Source of the DNA: Eledone cirrhosa
Lineage: Eukaryota
Direction: 5' to 3'
Length of the DNA stretch: 64,000 nt
NCBI GenBank assembly: GCA_964016885.1
Contig: OZ024742.1
Span: forward strand, 25,234,001 to 25,298,000
Shown: positions 43,101 through 61,100 of the stretch, in pieces
How the letters are laid out: each line of letters opens with the position of its first letter
How positions within the stretch are numbered: the stretch's first letter is position 1
Notes under the pieces: generated by a model
What the model was told of the DNA's origin: nothing
What the model saw: only the letters and a program-made list of their open reading frames with translations
The model's database searches: none
Made by a program: the position numbers and the translations under genes

Positions 43101-46100
43101 AGACATCATACAGTCTACTCTACACTCTGAGAGAGACACCCCATAGTAGTTTAATACAGACATCATACAGTCTACCCTACACTCGGAGAGAGACACCCCA
43201 TATTACTTTACTACAGACATCATACTGTCTACCCTACACTCTGAGTGAGATACTCCATATTACTTTACTACATACATCATACAGTCTACCCTATACACTG
43301 AGTGAGACACCCTATATTACTTTACTACAGGCATTATACAATCTACCCTACACTCTGAGTGAGACACCCCATATTACTTTACTACAGTCATCATACAGTC
43401 TACCCTAAACTCGGAGAGAGACACCCCATATTACTTCACTACAGACATCATACAATCTACCCCTCACTCTGAGAGAGACACCCTATATTACTTTACTACA
43501 GACATCATACAGTCTACCCTACACTCTGAGAGAGACACCCCATGTTACTTTACTACAGACATCATACAGTCTACCCTTCACTCTGAGAGAGACACCCTAT
43601 ATTACTTTACTACAGACATCATACAGTCTACACTTCACTCTGAGAGAGACACCCCATATTACTTCACTACAGACATCATACAGTCTACCCTTCACTCTGA
43701 CTGAGACACCCTATATTACTTTACTTCAGACATTTTACAGTCTACCCCACACTATGAGTTAGACACCCCATATTACTTTACTACAGTCACCATACAGTCT
43801 ACCCTACAATCTGAGTGAGACACCCCATATTACCTAACTATAGACATCATACAGTCTACCCTACACTCTGAGAGAGACACCCCATATTACTTTACTAAAC
43901 ATCATACGGACTACCCTTCACACTGAGTGAGACACCCCATATTACTTAACTACAGACATCATATCATCTACCCTACACACTGAGTGAGACACCTCATATT
44001 ACTTTACTACAGGCATCATACAGTCTACCCAACACTCTGAGTGAGACACCCCATATTACTTTACTACAGTTATCATACAGAATATCTTACACTCTGAGAG
44101 AGACACCCCATATTACTTTACTACAGACGTCATACGGACTACTCTTCACACTGAGTGAGACACCCCATATTTCTTAACTACAGACATCATACAGTCTACC
44201 TACACACTGAGTGAGACACCTCATATTACTTTACTACAGGCATCATACAGTCTACCCAACACTCTGAGTGAGACACCCCATATTACTTTACTACAGACAT
44301 CATACAGAATACCCTTCACTCTGAGAGAGACACCCCATATTACTTTACTACAGACATCATACAGTCTACCCTACACTCTGAGAGAGGCACCCCATATTAC
44401 TTTACTACAGACATCATACAGTCTACCCCTCTCTCTAAGAGAGACACCCCATATTACATTACTACAGACATCATACAGTCTACCCGACACTCTGAGAGAG
44501 ACACCCCATATTACTTTACTACAGACATCATACAGTCTACCCTACACTCTGAGAGAGACACCCCATATTACTTAATTACAGACATCATACAGTCTAACCT
44601 ACACACTGAGTGAGACACCCCATATTACTTTACTACAGACATCATACAGTCTACCCAACACTCTGAGTGAGACACACCGTATCACTTTACTACAGACATC
44701 ATACAGTCTACCCTTCACTCTGAGAGAGACACCCTATATTACTTTACTACAGATGTCATACAGTCTACACTACACTCTGAGAGAGACACCCCATATTACT
44801 ATACTACATACATCATACTGTCTACCCTTCACTCTGACTGAGACACCCTATCTTACTTTACTACAGACATCATACAGTCTACCCTACACTCTGAGTGAGA
44901 CACCCCATATTACTTTAAAACATACATCATACAATCTACCCCTCACTTTGAGAGAGACACCCCATATTACTTTACTACAGACATCATACAGTCTACCCTA
45001 CATTCTGAGTGAGACACCCCATATTACTTTACTACAGACATCATACAGTCTACCCTACACTCTGAGTGAGACACCCCATATTACTTTAAAACATACATCA
45101 TACAATCTACCCCTCACTCTGAGAGAGACACTCCATATTACTTTACTACAGACACCATACAGTCTACCCTACACTTTGAGATAGACACCCTATATTACTT
45201 TACTACAGACATCATACAGTCTACCCTACACTCTGAGTGAGACACCCCATATTACTTTACTACAGACATCATACAGTCTACCCCTCACTCTGAGAGAGAC
45301 ACCCCATATTATTTTACTACAGACATCATACAGTCTACCCTACACTCTGAGTGAGACAGCCCATATTACTTTAAAACATACATCATACAATCTACCCCTC
45401 ACCCTGAGAGAGACGCCCCATATTACTTTACTACAGACATCATACAGTCTACCCTACATTCTGAGAGAGACACCCCATATTATTTTACTACAGACATCAT
45501 ACAGACTACCCTTCACACTGAGTGAGACACCCTATATTACTTTACTACAGGCATCATACAGTCTACCCAACACTCTGAGTGAGACACCCCATATTACTTC
45601 ACTACAGACATCATACAGAATACCCTTCACACTGAGAGAGACACCCGATATTAATTTACTACAGACATTATACAATCTACCCCTCACTCTGAGTGAGACA
45701 CCCCATATTACTTTACTACAGACATCATACAATCTACCCCTCCTCTGAGTGAGACAACCCATATTACTTTACTACAGACTCCATACAGTCTACCCTACAC
45801 TCTGAGTTAGAGACCCCATATTACTTTACTACAGACATCATACAGTCTACCCTACACTCTGAGAGAGACACCCCATAGTAGTTTAATACTGACATCATAC
45901 AGTCTACCCCACACTCTGAGTGAAACACCCCATATTACTTTACTACATACATCATACAGTCTACCCTATACACTGAGTGAGACACCCTATATTACTTTAC
46001 TACAGACATTATACAATCTACCCTACACTCTGAGTGAGACACCCGATATTACTTTACTACAGTCATCATACAGTCCACCCTAAACTCGGAGAGATACACC

Positions 46101-49100
46101 CCATATTACTTCACTACAGACATCATACAATCTACCCCTCACTCTGAGAGAGACACCCTATATTACTTTACTACAGACATCATACAGTCTACCCTTCACT
46201 CTGAGTGAGACACCCCATATTACTTCACTACAGACACCATACAGTCTACCCTTCACTCTGACTGAGACACCCTATATTACTTTACTACAGACATTTAACA
46301 GTCTACCCTACACTATGAGTGAGACACCCCATATTACTTTACTACAGTCATCATACAATCTACCCTACAATCTGAGTGAGACAGCCCATATTACTTTACT
46401 ACAGACATCATACACTCTACCCTACACTCTGAGAGAGACACCCCATATTACTTTACTAAACATCATACGGACTACCCTTCACACTGAGTGAGACACCCTA
46501 TATTACTTTACTACAGACATCATACAGTCTACCCTTCACTCTGAGTGAGACACCCCATATTACTTCACTACAGACACCATACAGTCTACCCTTCACTCTG
46601 ACTGAGGCACCCTATATTACTTTACTACAGACATTTAACAGTCTACCCTACACTATGAGTGAGACACCCCATATTACTTTACTACAGTCATCATACAATC
46701 TACCCTACAATCTGAGTGAGACAGCCCATATTACTTTACTACAGACATCATACAGTCTACCCTAAACTCGGAGAGAGACACCCCATATTACTTCACTACA
46801 GACATCATACAATCTACCCCTCACTCTGAGAGAGACACCCTATATTACTTTACTACAGACATCATACAGTCTACCCTACACTCTGAGAGAGACACCCCAT
46901 GTTACTTTACTACAGACATCATACAGTCTACCCTTCACTCTGAGAGAGACACCCTATATTACTTTACTACAGACACCATACAGTCTACCCTTGACTCTGA
47001 GAGAGACACCCCATATTACTTCACTACAGACATCATACAGTCTACCCTTCACCCTGACTGAGACACCCTATATTACTTTACTACAGACATCATACAGTCT
47101 ACCCTACACTCTGAGTGAGACACCCCATATTACATTAAAACATACATCATACAATCTACCCCTCACTCTGAGAGAGACACCCCATATTACTTTACTACAG
47201 ACATCATACAGTCTACCCGACACTCTGAGGGAGGCACCACTTATTACTTTACTACAGACATCATACAGTCTACCCCTCACTCTGAGAGAGACACCCCATA
47301 TTACTTTACGACAGACATCATACAGTCTACCCCTGACTCTGAGTGAAACACCGCATATTACTTTACTACAGACATCATACAGACTACCCTTCACACTGAG
47401 TGAGACACCCCATATTAATTTATTACAGACGTCATACAGTCTACCTTATACACTGAGTGAGACACCCTATATTACTTTACTAAAAGGCATTATACAGTCT
47501 ACCCTACACTCTGAGTGAGACACCCTATATTACTTTACTACAGACATCATACAGTCTACCCAACACTCTGAGTGAGACACCCCATATTACTTCACTACAG
47601 ACATCATACAGAATACCCTTCACTCTGATAGAGACACCCCATATTACTTTACTACAGACATCATACAGACTACCCTTCACTCTGAGTGAGACACCCCATA
47701 TTACTTTAAAACATACATCATACAATCTACCCCTCACGCTGAGAGAGACGCCCCATATTACTTTACTACAGACATCATACAGTCTACCCTTCACACTGAG
47801 TGAGACACCCTATATTACTTTACTACAGGCATCATACAGTCTACCCAATACTCTGAGTGAGACACCCCATATTACTTCACTACAGACATCATACAGAATA
47901 CCCTTCACTCTGATAGAGACACCCCATATTAATTTACTACAGACATTATACAATCAACCCCTCACTCTGAGTGAGACACCCTATATTACTTTACTACAGA
48001 CATCATACAATCTACCCCTCCTCTGAGTGAGACACCCCATATTACTTCACTACAGACATCATACAGTCTACCCTGCACTCTGAGTTAGAGACCCCATATT
48101 ACTTTACTACAGACATCATACTGTCTACCCTACACTCTGAGTGAGATATTCCATATTACTTTACTACAGACATCATACAGTCTACCCTACACTCTGAGAG
48201 AGACACCCCATAGTAGTTTAATACAGACATCATACAGTCTACCCCACACTCTGAGTGAAACACCCCATATTACTTTACTACATACATCATACAGTCTACC
48301 CTATACACTGAGTGAGACACCCTATATTACTTTACTACAGATATTATACAATCTACCCTACACTCTGAGTGAGACACCCCATATTACTTTACTACAGTCA
48401 TCATACAGTCCACCCTAAACTCGGAGAGAGACACCCCATATTACTTCACTACAGACATCATACAATCTACCCCTCCTCTGAGTGAGACACCCCATATTAC
48501 TTCACTACAGACATCATACAGTCTACCCTGCACTCTGAGTTAGAGACCCCATATTACTTTACTACAGACATCATACTGTCTACCCTACACTCTGAGTGAG
48601 ATACTCCATATTACTTTACTACAGACATCATACAGACTACCCTTCACACTGAGTGAGACACCCCATATTAATTTATTACAGACGTCATACAGTCTACCTT
48701 ATACACTGAGTGAGACACCCTATATTACTTTACTACAGACATCATACAATCTACCCTTCACTCTGAGAGAGACACCCCATATTACATTACTACAGACGTC
48801 ATACAGTCTACACTACACTCTGAGAGAGACACCTCATATTACTATACTACAGACATCATACAGTGTACCCTTCACTCTGACTAAGACACCCTATATTACT
48901 TTACTACAGACATCATACAGTCTACCCTACACTCTGAGTGAGACACCCCATATTACTTTAAAACATTCATCATACAATCTACCCCTCACGCTGAGAGAGA
49001 CGCCCCATATTACTTTACTACAGACATCATACAGTCTACCCTACATTCTGAGAGAGACACCCCATATTACTTTACTACAGACATCATACAGACTACCCTT

Positions 49101-52100
49101 CACACTGAGTGAGACACCCTATATTACTTTACTACAGGCATCATACAGTCTACCCAACACTCTGAGTGAAACACCCCATATTACTTCACTACAGACATCA
49201 TACAGAATACCCTTCACTCTGATAGAGACACCCCATATTAATTTACTACATACATCATACAATCTACCCCTCCTCTGAGTGAGACACCCCATTTTACTTC
49301 ACTACAGACATCATACAGTCTACCCTGCACTCTGAGTTAGAGACCCCATATTACATTACTACAGACATCATACAGACTACCCTTCACACTGAGTGAGACA
49401 CCCCATATTAATTTATTACAGACGTCATACAGTCTACCTTATACACTGAGTGAGACACCCTATATTACTTTACTAAAAGGCATTATACAGTCTACCCTAC
49501 ACTCTGAGTGAGACACCCTATATTACTTTACTACAGACATCATACAGTCTACCCAACACTCTGAGTGAGACACCCCATATTACTTCACTACAGACATCAT
49601 ACAGAATACCCTTCACTCTGATAGAGACACCCCATATTACTTTACTACAGACATCATACAGACTACCCTTCACTCTGAGTGAGACACCCCATATTACTTT
49701 AAAACATACATCATACAATCTACCCCTCACGCTGAGAGAGACGCCCCATATTACTTTACTACAGACATCATACAGTCTACCCTTCACACTGAGTGAGACA
49801 CCCTATATTACTTTACTACAGGCATCATACAGTCTACCCAATACTCTGAGTGAGACACCCCATATTACTTCACTACAGACATCATACAGAATACCCTTCA
49901 CTCTGATAGAGACACCCCATATTAATTTACTACAGACATTATACAATCAACCCCTCACTCTGAGTGAGACACCCTATATTACTTTACTACAGACATCATA
50001 CAATCTACCCCTCCTCTGAGTGAGACACCCCATATTACTTCACTACAGACATCATACAGTCTACCCTGCACTCTGAGTTAGAGACCCCATATTACTTTAC
50101 TACAGACATCATACTGTCTACCCTACACTCTGAGTGAGATATTCCATATTACTTTACTACAGACATCATACAGTCTACCCTACACTCTGAGAGAGACACC
50201 CCATAGTAGTTTAATACAGACATCATACAGTCTACCCCACACTCTGAGTGAAACACCCCATATTACTTTACTACATACATCATACAGTCTACCCTATACA
50301 CTGAGTGAGACACCCTATATTACTTTACTACAGATATTATACAATCTACCCTACACTCTGAGTGAGACACCCCATATTACTTTACTACAGTCATCATACA
50401 GTCCACCCTAAACTCGGAGAGAGACACCCCATATTACTTCACTACAGACATCATACAATCTACCCCTCCTCTGAGTGAGACACCCCATATTACTTCACTA
50501 CAGACATCATACAGTCTACCCTGCACTCTGAGTTAGAGACCCCATATTACTTTACTACAGACATCATACTGTCTACCCTACACTCTGAGTGAGATACTCC
50601 ATATTACTTTACTACAGACATCATACAGACTACCCTTCACACTGAGTGAGACACCCCATATTAATTTATTACAGACGTCATACAGTCTACCTTATACACT
50701 GAGTGAGACACCCTATATTACTTTACTACAGACATCATACAATCTACCCTTCACTCTGAGAGAGACACCCCATATTACATTACTACAGACGTCATACAGT
50801 CTACACTACACTCTGAGAGAGACACCTCATATTACTATACTACAGACATCATACAGTGTACCCTTCACTCTGACTAAGACACCCTATATTACTTTACTAC
50901 AGACATCATACAGTCTACCCTACACTCTGAGTGAGACACCCCATATTACTTTAAAACATTCATCATACAATCTACCCCTCACGCTGAGAGAGACGCCCCA
51001 TATTACTTTACTACAGACATCATACAGTCTACCCTACATTCTGAGAGAGACACCCCATATTACTTTACTACAGACATCATACAGACTACCCTTCACACTG
51101 AGTGAGACACCTATATTACTTTACTACAGGCATCATACAGTCTACCCAACACTCTGAGTGAAACACCCCATATTACTTCACTACAGACATCATACAGAAT
51201 ACCCTTCACTCTGATAGAGACACCCCATATTAATTTACTACATACATCATACAATCTACCCCTCCTCTGAGTGAGACACCCCATTTTACTTCACTACAGA
51301 CATCATACAGTCTACCCTGCACTCTGAGTTAGAGACCCCATATTACATTACTACAGACATCATACTGTCTACCCTACACTCTGAGTGAGATACTCCATAT
51401 TACTTTACTACATACATCATACAGTCTACCCTATACACTGAGTGAGACACCCTATATTACTTTACTACAGACATTATACAATCTACCCTACACTCTGAGT
51501 GAGACACCCCATATTACTTCACTACAGACATCATACAGTCTACCCTACACTCTGAGTGAGACACACCATATTACATTAAAACATACATCATACAATCTAC
51601 CCCTCACTCTGAGAGAGACACCCCATATTACTTTACTACAGACATCATACAGTCTACCCGACACTCTGAGAGAGGCACCCCTTATTACTTTACTACAGAC
51701 ATTATACAGTCTACCCCTCACTCTGAGAGAGACACCCCATATTACTTTACGACAGACATCATACAGTCTACCCCTCACTCTGAGTGAAACACCCCATATT
51801 ACTTTACTACAGACATCATACAGACTACCCTTCACACTGAGTGAGACACCCCATATTAATTTATTACAGACGTCATACAGTCTACCTTATACACTGAGTG
51901 AGACACCCTATATTACATTACTAAAAGGCATTATACAGTCTACCCTACACTCTGAGTGAGACACCCTATATTACTTTACTACAGACATCATACAATCTAC
52001 CCTTCACTCTGAGAGAGACACCCCATATTACAACACTACAGACGTCATACAATCTACACTACACTCTGAGAGAGACACCCCATATTACTATACTACAGAC

Positions 52101-55100
52101 ATCATACAGGGTACCCTTCACTCTGACTAAGACACCCCATATTACTTTACTACAGACATCATAAAGTCTACCCTACATTCTGAGAGAGACACCCCATATT
52201 ACTTTACTACAGACATCATACAGACTACCCTTCACTCTGAGTGAGACACCCTATATTACATTACTACAGGCATCATACAGTCTACCCAACACTCTGAGTG
52301 AGACACCCCATATTACTTCACTACAGACATCATACAGAATACCCTTCACTCTGAGAGAGACACCCCATATTAATTTACTACAGACATTATACAATCTACC
52401 CCTCACTCTGAGTGAGACACCCCATATTACATTACTACAGACATCATACACTCTACCCTACACTCTGAGAGAGACACCCCATATTACTTTACTACAGACA
52501 TCATACAGTCTACCCTACACTCTGAGAGAGACACCCCATATTACTTTACTACAGACATCATACAGTCTACCCTACACTCTGAGTGAGACACCCCATATTA
52601 CTTTAAAACATGCATCATACAGTCTACCCTTCACTCTGACTGAGACACCCTATATTACTTTACTACAGACATTTAACAGTCTACCCTTCACTCTGACTGA
52701 GACACCCTATATTACTTTACTACAGACATTTAACAGTCTACCCTACACTATGAGTGAGACACCCCATATTACTTTACTACAGTCATCATACAATCTACCC
52801 TACAATCTGAGTGAGACAGCCCATATTACTTTACTACAGACATCATACACTCTACCCTACACTCTGAGAGAGACACCCCATATTACTTTACTAAACATCA
52901 TACGGACTACCCTTCACACTGAGTGAGACACCCTATATTACTTTACTACAGACATCATACAGTCTACCCTTCACTCTGAGTGAGACACCCCATATTACTT
53001 CACTACAGACACCATACAGTCTACCCTTCACTCTGACTGAGACACCCTATATTACTTTACTACAGACATTTAACAGTCTACCCTACACTATGAGTGAGAC
53101 ACCCCATATTACTTTACTACAGTCATCATACAATCTACCCTACAATCTGAGTGAGACAGCCCATATTACTTTACTACAGACATCATACAGTCTACCCAAA
53201 ACTCGGAGAGAGACACCCCATATTACTTCACTACAGACATCATACAATCTACCCCTCACTCTGAGAGAGACACCCTATATTACTTTACTACAGACATCAT
53301 ACAGTCTACCCTACACTCTGAGAGAGACACCCCATGTTACTTTACTACAGACATCATACAGTCTACCCTTCACTCTGAGAGAGACACCCTATATTACTTT
53401 ACTACAGACACCATACAGTCTACCCTTGACTCTGAGAGAGACACCCCATATTACTTCACTACAGACATCATACAGTCTACCCTTCACCCTGACTGAGACA
53501 CCCTATATTACTTTACTACAGACATCATACAGTCTACCCTACACTCTGAGTGAGACACCCCATATTACATTAAAACATACATCATACAATCTACCCCTCA
53601 CTCTGAGAGAGACACCCCATATTACTTTACTACAGACATCATACAGTCTACCCGACACTCTGAGGGAGGCACCCCTTATAACTTTACTACAGACATCATA
53701 CAGTCTACCCCTCACTCTGAGAGAGACACCCCATATTACTTTACGACAGACATCATACAGTCTACCCCTGACTCTGAGTGAAACACCGCATATTACTTTA
53801 CTACAGACATCATACAGACTACCCTTCACACTGAGTGAGACACCCCATATTAATTTATTACAGACGTCATACAGTCTACCTTATACACTGAGTGAGACAC
53901 CCTATATTACTTTACTAAAAGGCATTATACAGTCTACCCTACACTCTGAGTGAGACACCCTATATTACTTTACTACAGACATCATACAGTCTACCCAACA
54001 CTCTGAGTGAGACACCCCATATTACTTCACTACAGACATCATACAGAATACCCTTCACTCTGATAGAGACACCCCATATTACTTTACTACAGACATCATA
54101 CAGACTACCCTTCACTCTGAGTGAGACACCCCATATTACTTTAAAACATACATCATACAATCTACCCCTCACGCTGAGAGAGACGCCCCATATTACTTTA
54201 CTACAGACATCATACAGTCTACCCTTCACACTGAGTGAGACACCCTATATTACTTTACTACAGGCATCATACAGTCTACCCAATACTCTGAGTGAGACAC
54301 CCCATATTACTTCACTACAGACATCATACAGAATACCCTTCACTCTGATAGAGACACCCCATATTAATTTACTACAGACATTATACAATCAACCCCTCAC
54401 TCTGAGTGAGACACCCTATATTACTTTACTACAGACATCATACAATCTACCCCTCCTCTGAGTGAGACACCCCATATTACTTCACTACAGACATCATACA
54501 GTCTACCCTGCACTCTGAGTTAGAGACCCCATATTACTTTACTACAGACATCATACTGTCTACCCTACACTCTGAGTGAGATATTCCATATTACTTTACT
54601 ACAGACATCATACAGTCTACCCTACACTCTGAGAGAGACACCCCATAGTAGTTTAATACAGACATCATACAGTCTACCCCACACTCTGAGTGAAACACCC
54701 CATATTACTTTACTACATACATCATACAGTCTACCCTATACACTGAGTGAGACACCCTATATTACTTTACTACAGATATTATACAATCTACCCTACACTC
54801 TGAGTGAGACACCCCATATTACTTTACTACAGTCATCATACAGTCCACCCTAAACTCGGAGAGAGACACCCCATATTACTTCACTACAGACATCATACAA
54901 TCTACCCCTCCTCTGAGTGAGACACCCCATATTACTTCACTACAGACATCATACAGTCTACCCTGCACTCTGAGTTAGAGACCCCATATTACTTTACTAC
55001 AGACATCATACTGTCTACCCTACACTCTGAGTGAGATACTCCATATTACTTTACTACAGACATCATACAGACTACCCTTCACACTGAGTGAGACACCCCA

Positions 55101-58100
55101 TATTAATTTATTACAGACGTCATACAGTCTACCTTATACACTGAGTGAGACACCCTATATTACTTTACTACAGACATCATACAATCTACCCTTCACTCTG
55201 AGAGAGACACCCCATATTACATTACTACAGACGTCATACAGTCTACACTACACTCTGAGAGAGACACCTCATATTACTATACTACAGACATCATACAGTG
55301 TACCCTTCACTCTGACTAAGACACCCTATATTACTTTACTACAGACATCATACAGTCTACCCTACACTCTGAGTGAGACACCCCATATTACTTTAAAACA
55401 TTCATCATACAATCTACCCCTCACGCTGAGAGAGACGCCCCATATTACTTTACTACAGACATCATACAGTCTACCCTACATTCTGAGAGAGACACCCCAT
55501 ATTACTTTACTACAGACATCATACAGACTACCCTTCACACTGAGTGAGACACCCTATATTACTTTACTACAGGCATCATACAGTCTACCCAACACTCTGA
55601 GTGAAACACCCCATATTACTTCACTACAGACATCATACAGAATACCCTTCACTCTGATAGAGACACCCCATATTAATTTACTACATACATCATACAATCT
55701 ACCCCTCCTCTGAGTGAGACACCCCATTTTACTTCACTACAGACATCATACAGTCTACCCTGCACTCTGAGTTAGAGACCCCATATTACATTACTACAGA
55801 CATCATACTGTCTACCCTACACTCTGAGTGAGATACTCCATATTACTTTACTACATACATCATACAGTCTACCCTATACACTGAGTGAGACACCCTATAT
55901 TACTTTACTACAGACATTATACAATCTACCCTACACTCTGAGTGAGACACCCCATATTACTTCACTACAGACATCATACAGTCTACCCTACACTCTGAGT
56001 GAGACACACCATATTACATTAAAACATACATCATACAATCTACCCCTCACTCTGAGAGAGACACCCCATATTACTTTACTACAGACATCATACAGTCTAC
56101 CCGACACTCTGAGAGAGGCACCCCTTATTACTTTACTACAGACATTATACAGTCTACCCCTCACTCTGAGAGAGACACCCCATATTACTTTACGACAGAC
56201 ATCATACAGTCTACCCCTCACTCTGAGTGAAACACCCCATATTACTTTACTACAGACATCATACAGACTACCCTTCACACTGAGTGAGACACCCCATATT
56301 AATTTATTACAGACGTCATACAGTCTACCTTATACACTGAGTGAGACACCCTATATTACATTACTAAAAGGCATTATACAGTCTACCCTACACTCTGAGT
56401 GAGACACCCTATATTACTTTACTACAGACATCATACAATCTACCCTTCACTCTGAGAGAGACACCCCATATTACAACACTACAGACGTCATACAATCTAC
56501 ACTACACTCTGAGAGAGACACCCCATATTACTATACTACAGACATCATACAGGGTACCCTTCACTCTGACTAAGACACCCCATATTACTTTACTACAGAC
56601 ATCATAAAGTCTACCCTACATTCTGAGAGAGACACCCCATATTACTTTACTACAGACATCATACAGACTACCCTTCACTCTGAGTGAGACACCCTATATT
56701 ACATTACTACAGGCATCATACAGTCTACCCAACACTCTGAGTGAGACACCCCATATTACTTCACTACAGACATCATACAGAATACCCTTCACTCTGAGAG
56801 AGACACCCCATATTAATTTACTACAGACATTATACAATCTACCCCTCACTCTGAGTGAGACACCCCATATTACATTACTACAGACATCATACACTCTACC
56901 CTACACTCTGAGAGAGACACCCCATATTACTTTACTACAGACATCATACAGTCTACCCTACACTCTGAGAGAGACACCCCATATTACTTTACTACAGACA
57001 TCATACAGTCTACCCTACACTCTGAGTGAGACACCCCATATTACTTTAAAACATGCATCATACAGTCTACCCTTCACTCTGACTGAGACACCCTATATTA
57101 CTTTACTACAGACATTTAACAGTCTACCCTTCACTCTGACTGAGACACCCTATATTACTTTACTACAGACATTTAACAGTCTACCCTACACTATGAGTGA
57201 GACACCCCATATTACTTTACTACAGTCATCATACAATCTACCCTACAATCTGAGTGAGACAGCCCATATTACTTTACTACAGACATCATACACTCTACCC
57301 TACACTCTGAGAGAGACACCCCATATTACTTTACTAAACATCATACGGACTACCCTTCACACTGAGTGAGACACCCTATATTACTTTACTACAGACATCA
57401 TACAGTCTACCCTTCACTCTGAGTGAGACACCCCATATTACTTCACTACAGACACCATACAGTCTACCCTTCACTCTGACTGAGACACCCTATATTACTT
57501 TACTACAGACATTTAACAGTCTACCCTACACTATGAGTGAGACACCCCATATTACTTTACTACAGTCATCATACAATCTACCCTACAATCTGAGTGAGAC
57601 AGCCCATATTACTTTACTACAGACATCATACAATCTACCCAAAACTCGGAGAGAGACACCCCATATTACTTCACTACAGACATCATACAATCTACCCCTC
57701 ACTCTGAGAGAGACACCCTATATTACTTTACTACAGACATCATACAGTCTACCCTACACTCTGAGAGAGACACCCCATGTTACTTTACTACAGACATCAT
57801 ACAGTCTACCCTTCACTCTGAGAGAGACACCCTATATTACTTTACTACAGACACCATACAGTCTACCCTTGACTCTGAGAGAGACACCCCATATTACTTC
57901 ACTACAGACATCATACAGTCTACCCTTCACCCTGACTGAGACACCCTATATTACTTTACTACAGACATCATACAGTCTACCCTACACTCTGAGTGAGACA
58001 CCCCATATTACATTAAAACATACATCATACAATCTACCCCTCACTCTGAGAGAGACACCCCATATTACTTTACTACAGACATCATACAGTCTACCCTACA

Positions 58101-61100
58101 CTCTGAGAGAGACACAGCATATTACTTTACTACAGACATCATACAGTCTACCCTACACTCTGAGTGAGACACCCCATATTACTTTAAAACATGCATCATA
58201 CAATCTACCCCTCACTCTGAGAGAGACACCCCATATTACTTTACTACAGACATCAAACATTCTACTCTACACTCTGAGAGAGACATCCCTTATTACTTTA
58301 CTACAGACATCATACAGTCTACCTCTCACTCTGAGAGAGACACCCCATATTACCTTACTACAGACATCATACAGTCTACCCTACACACTGAGTGAGACAC
58401 CCCATATTACTTTACTACAGACATCATACAGTCTACCCTACACTCTGAGAGAGGCACCCCATATTACTTTACTACAGACATCATACAGTCTACCCTACAC
58501 TCTGAGACACCCCATATTACTTTACTACAGACATCATACAGTCTACCCTACACTCTGAGAGAGACACCCTATATTACTTTACTACAGACATCATACAGAC
58601 TATACCTCACATTGACAGAGACACCCCATATTACTTAACTACAGACATCATACAGTCTACCCTACACACTGAGTGAGACACCTCATATTACTTTACTACA
58701 GGCATCATACAGTCTACCCAACACTCTGAGTGAGACACCCTATATTACTTTACTACAGACATCATACAATCTACCCCTCACTCTGAGAGAGACACCCCAT
58801 ATTACTTTACTACAGACATCATACAGTCTACCCTACATTCTGAGAGAGACACCCCATATTACTTTACTACAGACATCATACAGTCTACCCTACACTCTGA
58901 GTGAGACACCCCATATTACTTTAAAACATACATCATACAATCTACCCCTTACTCTGAGAGAGACACCCCATATTACTTTACTACAGACATCATACATTCT
59001 ACCCTACACTCTGAGAGAGACACCCCGTATTACCTTACTACGGACATCATACAGTCTACCCTACACACTGAGTGAGACACCTCATATTACTTTACTACAG
59101 GCATCATACAGAATACCCTTCACTCTGAGAGAGACACCCCATATTACTTTACTACAGACATCATACAGAATACCCTTCACTCCGAGAGAGACACCCCATA
59201 TTACTTTACTACAGACATCATACAGTCTACCCTACACTCTGAGAGAGGCACCCCATATTACTTTACTACAGACATCATACAGTCTACCCCTCACTCTGAG
59301 AGAGACACCCCATATTACTTTACGACAGACATCATACAGTCTACCCCTGACTCTGAGTGAAACACCGCATATTACTTTACTACAGACATCATACAGACTA
59401 CCCTTCACACTGAGTGAGACACCCCATATTAATTTATTACAGACGTCATACAGTCTACCTTATACACTGAGTGAGACACCCTATATTACTTTACTAAAAG
59501 GCATTATACAGTCTACCCTACACTCTGAGTGAGACACCCTATATTACTTTACTACAGACATCATACAGTCTACCCAACACTCTGAGTGAGACACCCCATA
59601 TTACTTCACTACAGACATCATACAGAATACCCTTCACTCTGATAGAGACACCCCATATTACTTTACTACAGACATCATACAGACTACCCTTCACTCTGAG
59701 TGAGACACCCCATATTACTTTAAAACATACATCATACAATCTACCCCTCACGCTGAGAGAGACGCCCCATATTACTTTACTACAGACATCATACAGTCTA
59801 CCCTACATTCTGAGAGAGACACCCCATATTACTTTACTACAGACATCATACAGACTACCCTTCACACTGAGTGAGACACCCTATATTACTTTACTACAGG
59901 CATCATACAGTCTACCCAATACTCTGAGTGAGACACCCCATATTACTTCACTACAGACATCATACAGAATACCCTTCACTCTGATAGAGACACCCCATAT
60001 TAATTTACTACAGACATTATACAATCAACCCCTCACTCTGAGTGAGACACCCTATATTACTTTACTACAGACATCATACAATCTACCCCTCCTCTGAGTG
60101 AGACACCCCATATTACTTCACTACAGACATCATACAGTCTACCCTGCACTCTGAGTTAGAGACCCCATATTACTTTACTACAGACATCATACTGTCTACC
60201 CTACACTCTGAGTGAGATACTCCATATTACTTTACTACAGACATCATACAGTCTACCCTACACTCTGAGAGAGACACCCCATAGTAGTTTAATACAGACA
60301 TCATACAGTCTACCCCACACTCTGAGTGAAACACCCCATATTACTTTACTACATACATCATACAGTCTACCCTATACACTGAGTGAGACACCCTATATTA
60401 CTTTACTACAGATATTATACAATCTACCCTACACTCTGAGTGAGACACCCCATATTACTTTACTACAGTCATCATACAGTCCACCCTAAACTCGGAGAGA
60501 GACACCCCATATTACTTCACTACAGACATCATACAATCTACCCCTCCTCTGAGTGAGACACCCCATATTACTTCACTACAGACATCATACAGTCTACCCT
60601 GCACTCTGAGTTAGAGACCCCATATTACTTTACTACAGACATCATACTGTCTACCCTACACTCTGAGTGAGATACTCCATATTACTTTACTACAGACATC
60701 ATACAGACTACCCTTCACACTGAGTGAGACACCCCATATTAATTTATTACAGACGTCATACAGTCTACCTTATACACTGAGTGAGACACCCTATATTACT
60801 TTACTACAGACATCATACAATCTACCCTTCACTCTGAGAGAGACACCCCATATTACATTACTACAGACGTCATACAGTCTACACTACACTCTGAGAGAGA
60901 CACCTCATATTACTATACTACAGACATCATACAGTGTACCCTTCACTCTGACTAAGACACCCTATATTACTTTACTACAGACATCATACAGTCTACCCCT
61001 CACTCTGAGTGAGACACCCCATATTACTTTAAAACATTCATCATACAATCTACCCCTCACGCTGAGAGAGACGCCCCATATTACTTTACTACAGACATCA

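Noticed and set aside
10162-59751. Dozens of ORFs encoding (LSETPHITLLQTSYSLPYT)n, up to 360 aa, as a repetitive protein gene
   Set aside because: 57 is divisible by 3 and one plus-strand frame of the consensus lacks stops by chance. Frames are broken freely by indels and stops, and this strand is antisense to the ancestral LINE ORF.
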